DNA of 27,163 nucleotides from a virus. Taxonomy: Duplodnaviria > Heunggongvirae > Uroviricota > Caudoviricetes. The DNA is taken from IMG/VR virus record IMGVR_UViG_2531839527_000008, one strand, 5' to 3'. The notes beneath the pieces were generated by a model. That model was not told the DNA's origin. It did not search any database and saw only the letters and a program-made list of their open reading frames with translations. Below are positions 7,849 to 15,966 of this stretch, piece after piece. The position numbers were made by a program, and so were the translations under genes. Positions within the stretch are counted from its first letter, which is position 1. Each line of letters begins with the position of its first letter.

Positions 7849-10071
7849 TTGGCTGTTCAATTCGCTTATCCGTGGAACGTCCCACGGTCGGCAATCTCCA
7901 GCCCATACCTTACTTATGAGCAACAGCATCGCCGCGACCGTATGTTCGCGGCTTTGCTGCATGCAAAAAAGGTGCTTTCTCTCCAGCCCGACTGCGTGCG
8001 GTTAGATGTTTATCGCACTGCTGCGGTGCTGGAACAAAATCAGGGTAGTCAACGAGCCAATGCATTTTTAATCAGCTTCTGCAAAAAGGCATTGCCGCGT
8101 CTTGAACTGGTCGCAAAAAAATACGAATGCGCTGGTATCAACAGCAAGGTATCAACCGCTGTTTTTGGAAGTCATTTTGATACTCAGCAAATGCAATATC
8201 TGTCGTCACGCATGGTTAATATGGTCGCCCGATATAACCGTCTCCCGGACATGTCGCGCGCTGATGTTGACCTGTTGGCCGCTGATATTGCTAATTTCAT
8301 TCGTGGTGAACTTGCCAACATTAATGACCACGGATTCGGCGAGCTTAAAACGCTGTACACCTGGTATATTCGTGCTGGCTTTATTTCCCTCCAATTCAAC
8401 GTTATCCCACCACATTGGGAGCGGGTTGAAAAAAAATATGTCGGTGCGGATGAAATCGCACCGGCTATCGCCAAAATGTTTAACGATGGGTGGTGGCGCG
8501 GTCGTTTGCGCCGTGTAGCAGCTACGTGGCGCGAACACCTGCAAATTGCAGTCGGCAACGTCAGTAAGAAAAAAAACACTTACGCGAGTAAAAACTGCGT
8601 GACTGACTGGCGTGAACAAAAGCGCCGCACTCGTGAATTTCTCAAAGGTCTGGATCTCGAAGACGAAGACGGCAACCGTATCAGCCTAATTGAAAAATAT
8701 GATGGCTCAGTTGCTAACCCTGCGATTCGCCGCTGTGAGCTCATGACCCGCATTCGTGGGTTTGAAAACATCTGTAATGAGCTCGGTTATGTCGGTGAGT
8801 TTTACACTCTAACCGCGCCGTCAAAATATCACGCCACGACTAAAGCCGGTTACCGTAACAGCAAATGGAGCGGTGCCAGCCCGGCTGACACGCAAAACTA
8901 TCTAACCGGTATCTGGGCGCGTATCCGTGCCAAACTACATCGGGAAGATGTCCGTATTTTCGGTATTCGTGTCGCCGAGCCCCATCACGACGGCACTCCA
9001 CACTGGCACATGCTGATGTTCATGCTGCCGGAAGATGTTGAATATGTTCGCTCCATCGTCCGTAAATACGCATGGAAAGAAGACCGCCACGAACTGAAAA
9101 GCGATAAATCCCAAAAAGCACGTTTCCACGCGGAGTCCATTGACCCGGAGAAAGGCAGCGCAACCGGCTATGTTGCTAAATACATTTCAAAAAATATCGA
9201 CGGTTATGCTCTCGATGGTGAAACCGATGATGAAAGCGGTGAGCTGCTGAAAGAGACAGCCCCCGCCGTTTCAGCATGGGCTGCGCGCTGGCACATCCGT
9301 CAGTTTCAGTTTATTGGTGGTGCGCCGGTGACGGTTTACCGTGAGTTGCGTCGCCTCGCTGATACCGAAACCGCGCACGGTCTGAGCGTTGAGTTTGCCG
9401 CCGTCCATGATGCCGCCGACGCTGGTGACTGGGCTGGTTATGTTAATGCTCAGGGTGGGCCGTTTGTCCGTCGCGATGATTTACAGGTGCGCACACTGTA
9501 TGAACCGCGTACCGAGCTTAATCAGTACGGTGAGGAAACGGTATGTATTAAGGGGGTCTACGATTCCTCCATAGGTGCAGGAAGCCCGATTTTAACCCGG
9601 CTCACTCAGTGGAAGATTGTTCCGAAGCGTGCTGTTGATTTGGCCGTTGACCTTCAGGACGGCAAAGCCGTCCCTCGGAGTTCTGTCAATAACTGTACGG
9701 GAAGCGAAAGCGATCCACCGATACTGGATTTAACAAAACCACTGAGTCGGCGTGAAAGACGAGAATTGACCAACCGACTCAGGAAGCAAAAGCCAGCAGC
9801 ACGGCGAAAATTCATCCACGGAACGGATGAGCAAAACGCAGCTATAGCTAAAACTATCGATGAGATACATCTGACAACCGGCATTAATATCAGCCGGGGC
9901 GAAGCCCTGCACCTGATGGCCGGTGGTAAAAGTTGTTTTGATGGTAAATGGCTACGCGGAACGGCCAAAGGAGAAATATTTTCCGCAGCACCATCGCATG
10001 AGGCTAAAGCTCGGAAAATCCTTAATCGTGTTGCGGCGATGGCTGAAGCATCAAAACCAATACATGAGTAA
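7849..10071 (+). CDS. A: replication initiation endonuclease (P2 gpA / 186 RepA family)
   Basis: 740 aa; TLTAPSKYH, EPHHDGTPHWHMLMF and GYVAKYISKNIDGYALDG motifs; apparent TTG start at 7849 preceded by GGGGGG. Confidence 0.9.
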   Translation: MAVQFAYPWNVPRSAISSPYLTYEQQHRRDRMFAALLHAKKVLSLQPDCVRLDVYRTAAVLEQNQGSQRANAFLISFCKKALPRLELVAKKYECAGINSKVSTAVFGSHFDTQQMQYLSSRMVNMVARYNRLPDMSRADVDLLAADIANFIRGELANINDHGFGELKTLYTWYIRAGFISLQFNVIPPHWERVEKKYVGADEIAPAIAKMFNDGWWRGRLRRVAATWREHLQIAVGNVSKKKNTYASKNCVTDWREQKRRTREFLKGLDLEDEDGNRISLIEKYDGSVANPAIRRCELMTRIRGFENICNELGYVGEFYTLTAPSKYHATTKAGYRNSKWSGASPADTQNYLTGIWARIRAKLHREDVRIFGIRVAEPHHDGTPHWHMLMFMLPEDVEYVRSIVRKYAWKEDRHELKSDKSQKARFHAESIDPEKGSATGYVAKYISKNIDGYALDGETDDESGELLKETAPAVSAWAARWHIRQFQFIGGAPVTVYRELRRLADTETAHGLSVEFAAVHDAADAGDWAGYVNAQGGPFVRRDDLQVRTLYEPRTELNQYGEETVCIKGVYDSSIGAGSPILTRLTQWKIVPKRAVDLAVDLQDGKAVPRSSVNNCTGSESDPPILDLTKPLSRRERRELTNRLRKQKPAARRKFIHGTDEQNAAIAKTIDEIHLTTGINISRGEALHLMAGGKSCFDGKWLRGTAKGEIFSAAPSHEAKARKILNRVAAMAEASKPIHE

Positions 10072-10145
10072 TTCATATCCATATCATGCACATACAGCAA
10101 TCGCTCTATTCGTTTTTTTTCTTCCCATCTTTTGCCAATACGTGC

Positions 10146-10165
10146 TACTGTATAAATATACAGTA
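10146..10165. promoter_or_regulatory. LexA operator (SOS box)
   Basis: TACTGTATAAATATACAGTA: CTGT-N8-ACAG palindrome, 19/20 to the remembered consensus TACTGTATATATATACAGTA; 20 nt upstream of ORF 10185. Confidence 0.75.
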
Positions 10166-10184
10166 ACCCTGTGGGAGGGATTTC

Positions 10185-10367
10185 ATGGTTGGCGAACATT
10201 TCAGCCGAACGCAGCAAAAGTGGGCTTGTGTGCAATTTATTGCCGAGGTATCTCTGATTGCAAACTGCAAGCCATCAGACTTAAAGCTCGCGCTCACTCT
10301 CATTGCAGACCTAGCAAACAGCGAGAATAACGAAACCGAAGATGATAATTTTTATAAGGCTGATTAG
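10185..10367 (+). CDS. small SOS-module protein, possibly N-terminal part of a Tum-like antirepressor
   Basis: Strong SD GGAGGG 5 nt upstream; in same frame as following DinI-like ORF, separated by a single TAG. Confidence 0.5.
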   Translation: MVGEHFSRTQQKWACVQFIAEVSLIANCKPSDLKLALTLIADLANSENNETEDDNFYKAD

Positions 10368-10370
10368 ATT

Positions 10371-10604
10371 ATGAGAATCAATATCACGTTGGATAAAGAG
10401 CAAAAAATTAGTCAGGCAACATTGGATGCACTTGAGGCTGAACTGTACCGCAATCTTCAACCTATTTACCCAAAGACTGCTATCCGAATTCGCAAGGGCT
10501 CCGCTAATGGCGTTGAACTAAGCGGTTTGAAACTGGACGAAGATAAAAAACGAGTAATGGAAATCATGCAGCAGGTATGGGAGGACGATAGCTGGCTGCA
10601 TTAA
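10371..10604 (+). CDS. DinI-family protein (Tum/antirepressor-like C-terminal domain)
   Basis: MRINITLDKEQ...AIRIRKGSANGVELSGLKLDEDKKRVMEIMQQVWEDDSWLH resembles remembered DinI. Confidence 0.8.
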   Translation: MRINITLDKEQKISQATLDALEAELYRNLQPIYPKTAIRIRKGSANGVELSGLKLDEDKKRVMEIMQQVWEDDSWLH

Positions 10605-10606
10605 CA

Positions 10607-10675
10607 AACGCCGCCGGTGCTGAAACTTGCTTTCAGTGCTGGCGGGGTTGAACAACTCGCACCGCGAGGCGCTAG
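10607..10675 (+). repeat. 69-bp repeat element copy 1 (3'-UTR stem-loop)
   Basis: Directly after the DinI-like stop; 60/69 identical to copy 2; contains hairpin CCGCCGGTGCTGAAA-CTTGC-TTTCAGTGCTGGCGG. Confidence 0.6.
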
Positions 10676-10799
10676 TTCTTCCTCTCAAAGTTTCTCGATG
10701 TTTTATTGGTTACACACCAGTGATGAATGGGACGTTACCTTAGCGGGTTTTATAGTGGCGCTGTGGCAGCGCTAAATAAAATTCATTGAGGGCGATAAT

Positions 10800-11009
10800 A
10801 TGCATCGACTACCGGGCGAAATTCCGCAGCACAAAACTAAAAGCATCAAACTGATGGCCATCGTTCATCGTCTGCAGCAGATAATGGTCAATGAGAATTT
10901 GACACCCGCCGAGCTGGTCGGGTGTGCCGAAATAGTCAGGGATAATTACGGCAAGCTGGATAGCATCAGCAAGCCGACACATTACTCACCGCCACCACGT
11001 CGACCATAG
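10800..11009 (+). CDS. hypothetical small protein
   Basis: 69-aa ORF with GAGGG SD; flanked by the two repeat copies. Confidence 0.4.
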   Translation: MHRLPGEIPQHKTKSIKLMAIVHRLQQIMVNENLTPAELVGCAEIVRDNYGKLDSISKPTHYSPPPRRP

Positions 11010-11011
11010 AT

Positions 11012-11080
11012 AACGCCGCCGGAGCTGAAACTCGCTTTCAGGTCTGGCGGGGTTGAACAACGAGCTACGCGAGGCGTTAG
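11012..11080 (+). repeat. 69-bp repeat element copy 2
   Basis: Begins 2 nt after stop of ORF 10800..11009; 60/69 identity to copy 1. Confidence 0.6.
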
Positions 11081-11142
11081 CCGGTCATAGCGTCGCAAAT
11101 ACTTCAACCGTCTGCTGGTTAAATAATTCGAGGTTTTTGGAC

Positions 11143-11337
11143 ATGCAAAATCCCCTTTCATCGAAAAATGACCCGTTTGCCGATTGGGCAAAGAATCTGA
11201 CTTTAATGGCTTTAAATAACGACCTGAGCTCTCGCGAGGGGGAAAGCTACACCGCAAAAATGGTCGGGCAGGCCGGTAAAGATGAGCTATCAGTCGTTAT
11301 CAAACACCTGTTAAATCACATCAGAATGCGCAAATAA
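11143..11337 (+). CDS. hypothetical small protein
   Basis: Internal ATG 11143 with GAGG upstream preferred over ORF-track start 11053, which lies inside repeat copy 2. Confidence 0.35.
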   Translation: MQNPLSSKNDPFADWAKNLTLMALNNDLSSREGESYTAKMVGQAGKDELSVVIKHLLNHIRMRK

Positions 11338-11353
11338 GAGGAACTATATAAAT

Positions 11354-11455
11354 ATGTTATCTCTCGTTTATGAAAATCCGTGGACGACGATTTTTCTGAT
11401 GATTGTTGCCAGCATGTGCCTCAACAGTGTTATTGGCGCATTGCGCGGCCATTAA
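11354..11455 (+). CDS. candidate 33-aa hydrophobic peptide (not on ORF track)
   Basis: ATG 11354 preceded by AAGAGGA; encodes MLSLVYENPWTTIFLMIVASMCLNSVIGALRGH with one predicted TM helix; followed by intrinsic terminator. Confidence 0.3.
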   Translation: MLSLVYENPWTTIFLMIVASMCLNSVIGALRGH

Positions 11456-11474
11456 TCGCGACAAAACCAGACTA

Positions 11475-11503
11475 AAACCGGCACCCTGAATGCCGGTTTT
11501 TTT
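11475..11503 (+). terminator. rho-independent terminator ending the early/SOS transcription unit
   Basis: AAACCGGCA-CCCTGAA-TGCCGGTTT stem-loop followed by T-run. Confidence 0.7.
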
Positions 11504-11663
11504 ATGCCATTTTTCCGCGAATTTCCCGTTTTTTAGTCGTGCATGCATCAGGTGCATGGTTTTGCATGCGTCAGTCTTGCCCGTTCTGTCCGTGCGCCGC
11601 CAGAGCTAGCGCGGATCCAGAGTTGTCATGCAACTGCATTAAAACCGCCCCATAAAGCGGGCA

Positions 11664-11682
11664 GGCGTGGCGGGGAAAGCAT
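11664..11682. other. cos cohesive-end site (P2/186-like 19-mer)
   Basis: GGCGTGGCGGGGAAAGCAT, very close to the remembered P2 cos GGCGAGGCGGGGAAAGCAC; lies between early region and Q as expected. Confidence 0.6.
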
Positions 11683-11901
11683 TGCGCGCCAGCAGTGATG
11701 CGTAATAATAAAAATTATCCTCTGAGCGCGTCGTGATGGCGCTGTCGTGGTCGCTGCTGGTTCGTTGGTGGTCGAGTGTGTTCGTGCGCGTGAGACGCAT
11801 CTGATGCGTGATGGTGGTGTGCATGGAAAAGCCACCAGGAGCAGCGGCTTTACAGGAGTGGCAGGATTCAAACTGCTAATTATGTTTCTACTATGATTAA
11901 A

Positions 11902-12906
11902 CTAATTTACATGTATGTAGAGTTCACCGTCGCCAGACCAATCGGGACACTCTAAAACAAGCCCAAACTGCTTGAATATTTCATCAATGATTATTGTTAT
12001 CTCCCGAAAATCACCAAAACCTGTAATGTGCTGGTCATTAAACTTCCCATAAAGATTCTGAAAAGCAATGCCTAATTCTGATAATTGATATCTTATCTTT
12101 GAGTTGGATAGTGTAAGGGATAGCTTTGGATCGTATTCTTTAATATTGATGTTTAGAGAATGGACATAACCCATCGCATAAGCATAAGAGTTGATGATTA
12201 GCCTGATACGTTTTTTTACTTCAAGATACATGTCATTCAGAGAAATATTACCGTACTTATAACCCCAGATGAGTTTTTCAATCTCGTCAGATACTTCATT
12301 TACAACAGTGTCAAGATTCTCTAAAAATAAATCGACAGTTTCTTGAGGGGCAGACCCCGAAGACATGTAATTAGCGAGATATTCAGACCATGCACGCGTG
12401 GCTGAGATAAGAAGCGCGCTACCATACTCGTTGACTGTAAAGTTTTGGGCTAAGCATGTTAGTAAGTTTTTTTCATGTACGTGCACTAATTCATGGTGAA
12501 TGCGATGGATGACTGCGAGGTATCCTTCTTCTTTCAGTTTTAAGAAGCTACCATCATTGAAAAGCTCAACAAAAAAATCAATCGATAGCACAAGGGTATA
12601 TTCTTCATATAGCCCATCATTGCCAATTTTTGTTACTAACTGCCCGACGGCTGCGCCCTGTTTGCTATTGGTAAATGAACTAGGGGATTTGTGTTGGTAA
12701 GAGGATGTTACCTTTTGAAGAGCTTCACTGAAGTTATAGGAAACAATCACGCATTTTAATTTGGAGATATCAAGATTGAGATTCTTTGTTAAAGCTCGGA
12801 TAGCTTCTAGTGTGAAATTACCGATATTATTTGCTTCTTGCTCAGTAGCGAAACCTTCGAGGGTTATTTTAAAATCAGTTTCCAAAATATTAATCTCCGC
12901 GCCCAT
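11902..12906 (-). CDS. AT-rich cargo protein with HExxH motif (putative zinc metallo-hydrolase), candidate defence/exclusion gene
   Basis: 334-aa ORF in visibly AT-rich DNA inserted between cos and portal gene; IHRIHHELVHVHE with HELVH encoded at 12481..12495 (minus). Confidence 0.6.
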   Translation of the reverse strand: MGAEINILETDFKITLEGFATEQEANNIGNFTLEAIRALTKNLNLDISKLKCVIVSYNFSEALQKVTSSYQHKSPSSFTNSKQGAAVGQLVTKIGNDGLYEEYTLVLSIDFFVELFNDGSFLKLKEEGYLAVIHRIHHELVHVHEKNLLTCLAQNFTVNEYGSALLISATRAWSEYLANYMSSGSAPQETVDLFLENLDTVVNEVSDEIEKLIWGYKYGNISLNDMYLEVKKRIRLIINSYAYAMGYVHSLNINIKEYDPKLSLTLSNSKIRYQLSELGIAFQNLYGKFNDQHITGFGDFREITIIIDEIFKQFGLVLECPDWSGDGELYIHVN

Positions 12907-12924
12907 TGTTTTGATATTCGATGC

Positions 12925-12953
12925 ACTATAGCTTTCGCAGATTGCATCTTCAA
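12925..12953 (-). promoter_or_regulatory. candidate sigma-70 promoter for the HExxH cargo gene
   Basis: Minus strand TTGAAG (12948..12953), 17-bp spacer, TATAGT (12925..12930); inside the 77-bp Q-to-cargo intergenic region. Confidence 0.4.
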
Positions 12954-12983
12954 TAATGAGCGCAGAGATTGTGGCGGCCTAAG

Positions 12984-14030
12984 TTATTCTGGGTTGTCGA
13001 GGGTGTACTCTTTGAATCTGATGACCTCCATGCCGAGCCAGTCATTTACCTCCCTGAACCTGTCCTGTAGCGGCGACAGCTCGTTGCGCACAAATACCTT
13101 TGCCACCTTCTCAACATCACCGAGTGAACCGATATTCTCGGGCTTGCCGCCCATGAGCTGGAACGGTACGCGGTGCGCGTCCATCAGATCGGCGGCACTG
13201 GCCTTCTTGATGTTGAAAAAGTCATCCTTTGTGGCGACCTCGCTCAGTGGCACGATTTTGATGCCGTCCGGTTTTCCGCCGGGAGCGTAGAAAAACAGGT
13301 TCTTAAAGTTGCCGAGCCCTTTTGAGTTGCGCATCGCCTCGCGCAGCGATTCGACGTCGGTCGCGCTCTGCGCCGGGTCAGTCACATACATGATGTAGCC
13401 TGCGTGCGCGCCGTTCTGATAATACTTGCGGCGGAACAGCGTCGCGGATTCATTCAGCCAAGCGGAATTAAGCGCGCTGAGATATTCCGGCAGACCGTAA
13501 ATCTCCTGATTAATGTCGGGCTCCAGCAGGTGAAACACGGTATCAGGCGCGAACTCGTGCGGCTGGGTGAAGTTTTCCACAAACCAGAAAATCGAATCGT
13601 CGACTCCGCGTCGGGTGTATTTGGCTGGCGAGGCCAGCAGTTTGATTAACTGGCCGGTGACGCTGTGGCGCTGCTCAAGAAAGGCGTTACCGAACACCAG
13701 ATAATCGAGCGCAAAGCGGCTGAAATCCTGACGGGATAACAACGGGTGCGGAATGTAGGTGCTCGCGAGCACGTTACGCTTAACATAAATTGGCGAGCTG
13801 TGATGCACGGCAGAGCGCAGGCTCTTTGCCAGCCCTGAGAAGCTGACCGGCGGCTCGTACCATTTGCCGTTACTGATGCACTCGACGTAATCCAGAATGT
13901 CGCGCTTATCGAGTACCGGCACCGGCTCGCCGAAGGTGAACGCTGTCGTTTTTGGCGGTGCGCTGGCGGTCAGTTGTTGTGGTTTGCTGGCCTTTTGTGC
14001 GTTGGCTTTACGGGATTTTTGTTTACCCAT
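12984..14030 (-). CDS. Q: portal protein (P2 gpQ family)
   Basis: 348 aa; position next to terminase; overall resemblance to P2 Q. Confidence 0.88.
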   Translation of the reverse strand: MGKQKSRKANAQKASKPQQLTASAPPKTTAFTFGEPVPVLDKRDILDYVECISNGKWYEPPVSFSGLAKSLRSAVHHSSPIYVKRNVLASTYIPHPLLSRQDFSRFALDYLVFGNAFLEQRHSVTGQLIKLLASPAKYTRRGVDDSIFWFVENFTQPHEFAPDTVFHLLEPDINQEIYGLPEYLSALNSAWLNESATLFRRKYYQNGAHAGYIMYVTDPAQSATDVESLREAMRNSKGLGNFKNLFFYAPGGKPDGIKIVPLSEVATKDDFFNIKKASAADLMDAHRVPFQLMGGKPENIGSLGDVEKVAKVFVRNELSPLQDRFREVNDWLGMEVIRFKEYTLDNPE

Positions 14031-14031
14031 T

Positions 14032-15801
14032 TTAGTTGAACTCCAGAATAGATTTAGGCTGCATGCCGCTACCGGCAGAAAGCGGTTCGTTTAACAGGGC
14101 GTGCATGGTCGCCCATGCGATATCGGCGTGGCTGGCTTCCTCGGTGCGGCTGGCCTCATAGGTGGCGCAGCGCCCGCTGCTGGTCATGGTTTTGCGGATG
14201 GACATAAACGACTGCGTGACGTCGGTTGCTCCGGCGTCGTACTCCAGACAGCCACGGCGAATGGTGTCTTTCGCCTTGAGTACCATTGCGGTTTTCATTT
14301 CAGGTGTGTAACGGATGCCGCGTGCCGCCGGGTAAAATGAGCGCACCAGCTGGAACACGCCGAGACCGAGGCCGGTTGCGTCAATGCCGATGTATTCGAC
14401 GTTGTATTTCTCGGTCAGCTTGCGGATGCCCTCTGCCTGTGCTGCAAAATCCATGCCCTTCCACTGGTGGCGCTCCAGCATGCGGAACTTGCCACCAGAG
14501 ACCACCGGCGGCGCGAGCACGACGCACCCGGCACTGTCGCCGGTGTGTGACGGGTCGTAGCCAATCCAGACAGGACGAGAGCCGAACGGATGGTCGGCGA
14601 ACGGGGCAAAGTCCTCCCATTCCTCCATCACATCGACCATGCAGCGCTGCAGCTCCTCGAACGGGAATACCGACGCTTTATCGTCGACAAACTCGCACAT
14701 AAACAGGTTCTTAAAGTCCTCATCACTGTTTTCGCGTTTGAGCTGGTCGAGGTCGAACAGGGTGCAGCCACCCGCAAGGGCGTCCTCAATGGTGACAATC
14801 TGCCGCCACTGGCCATCGTCGCAGAGCTGGCCACCGGCGAGCGCGCTGTGACTGATGTCGATTTCGATGCGGTCGGCAATCCGGCTGCGCCCCTTGTTGA
14901 ACAGCTCGCCAGACCAGAAGGGGTAAGCGCCGTGCGCCAGCGTGGAAGGTGTCGAAAAATAGGTCGAGCGCAGGTGCTTTTGCGAGGCCATGCCCGAGGC
15001 GACTTTGCGCAGTTTCTGAAAATTCGGGATCCAGAATATTTCATCGACATACAGATCGCCGTTATGGCTCTGCGCGGTGTTGGAATTGGTACCGAGAAAA
15101 ATCAGTTTTGCGCCGTTGTTACCGATGACAATCGGGTCGCCAGTCAGGTCAACGTCGACCAGTCGCGCAAACTGGATGATGTATTCGCGGAACACGTAAG
15201 CCTGCGTTTTACTGGCTGATAAAAATATCTGGTTATGGCCGGTTTTGAGTGCGCGCAGCAGTGCCTCGCGGGAGAAATAGAATGTCGCGCCAATCTGGCG
15301 GGATTTGAGAATGTCACGAATACGGTGCTCCAGTCCTGCGCGGTACCACTGCAACTGGTACTCGAAAGACTGGTCGAAAAATAATTCCTCTAGTTTATCG
15401 ATAGCCTCGTCGCTGAAAAAATTCTTTTTCGGCTTTTTGCGCTCCCCTTTGTTGCGGTTGGCGACGTTGGGGTTAAGGTCGGCTTCGTTGCCGGTCTGGC
15501 TGTAGCGGTTGACTCGCGCCAACCGTTCAATCTGCCGTCCGAGCAGGTCAATCTCTTTGAAATCACCCCCTGTCTTTTGCGGCTTGGCGATGAGCTGAAT
15601 CAGCCTGGCCTCAAGGCTGCTTTCAACGCGGGAAATCGGCGCGATGCCGTCCCAGCCGTCGCGCTGCTTCCAGCTCTGCACGGTCGGGCGCTTGACCTGC
15701 AGCATTTCGGCAATCTGTGGCACGGAAAAACCCTGCCAGTAAAGCAGCGATGCCTGCCGTCGCGGGTCATGCAACAAGGTTGTATCGGTGGAAATGGTCA
15801 T
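14032..15801 (-). CDS. P: terminase large (ATPase) subunit (P2 gpP family)
   Basis: 589 aa; divergent from O as in P2. Confidence 0.9.
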   Translation of the reverse strand: MTISTDTTLLHDPRRQASLLYWQGFSVPQIAEMLQVKRPTVQSWKQRDGWDGIAPISRVESSLEARLIQLIAKPQKTGGDFKEIDLLGRQIERLARVNRYSQTGNEADLNPNVANRNKGERKKPKKNFFSDEAIDKLEELFFDQSFEYQLQWYRAGLEHRIRDILKSRQIGATFYFSREALLRALKTGHNQIFLSASKTQAYVFREYIIQFARLVDVDLTGDPIVIGNNGAKLIFLGTNSNTAQSHNGDLYVDEIFWIPNFQKLRKVASGMASQKHLRSTYFSTPSTLAHGAYPFWSGELFNKGRSRIADRIEIDISHSALAGGQLCDDGQWRQIVTIEDALAGGCTLFDLDQLKRENSDEDFKNLFMCEFVDDKASVFPFEELQRCMVDVMEEWEDFAPFADHPFGSRPVWIGYDPSHTGDSAGCVVLAPPVVSGGKFRMLERHQWKGMDFAAQAEGIRKLTEKYNVEYIGIDATGLGLGVFQLVRSFYPAARGIRYTPEMKTAMVLKAKDTIRRGCLEYDAGATDVTQSFMSIRKTMTSSGRCATYEASRTEEASHADIAWATMHALLNEPLSAGSGMQPKSILEFN

Positions 15802-15966
15802 TGATGCCTCGCCGTAGTGGATTCAGGGCAAGGCTACTTAATGGCCGTCAGTGATTCGCTAAGGTGCTGTTGTGTGGACGGTTGTCCAGTCGTCATTGGT
15901 GGTCTGGCGTGTCCTGAGTCTGGAAACTGGCGGTGACCAGTAACCTCAACCTCAGGACTCCTGACA
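15802..15966. promoter_or_regulatory. divergent late promoter region (P- and O-operon promoters); includes dyad TGGACGGTTGTCCA
   Basis: Intergenic region between divergent P and O; dyad at about 15872..15885 could be a late-activator site; not matched to a consensus. Confidence 0.3.

Noticed and set aside
9654-10235. 193-aa minus-strand ORF
   Set aside because: Antisense to the 3' end of replication gene A and overlaps the LexA box; no independent support.
10607-11080. The 69-bp repeats as REP/ERIC-type host repeats or as intrinsic terminators
   Set aside because: They do not resemble the REP or ERIC consensus as I remember them and lack a 3' U-run; left as an unclassified RNA-structure repeat.
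11357-11557. 66-aa minus-strand ORF across the early-region terminator
   Set aside because: Spans the intrinsic terminator hairpin and has no SD; the + strand 33-aa peptide with SD is the more plausible reading, itself low confidence.
14101-15219. Multiple + strand ORFs (up to 209 aa) within the terminase gene region
   Set aside because: Antisense or alternate-frame ORFs in GC-rich coding DNA; the terminase frame is continuous and conserved.
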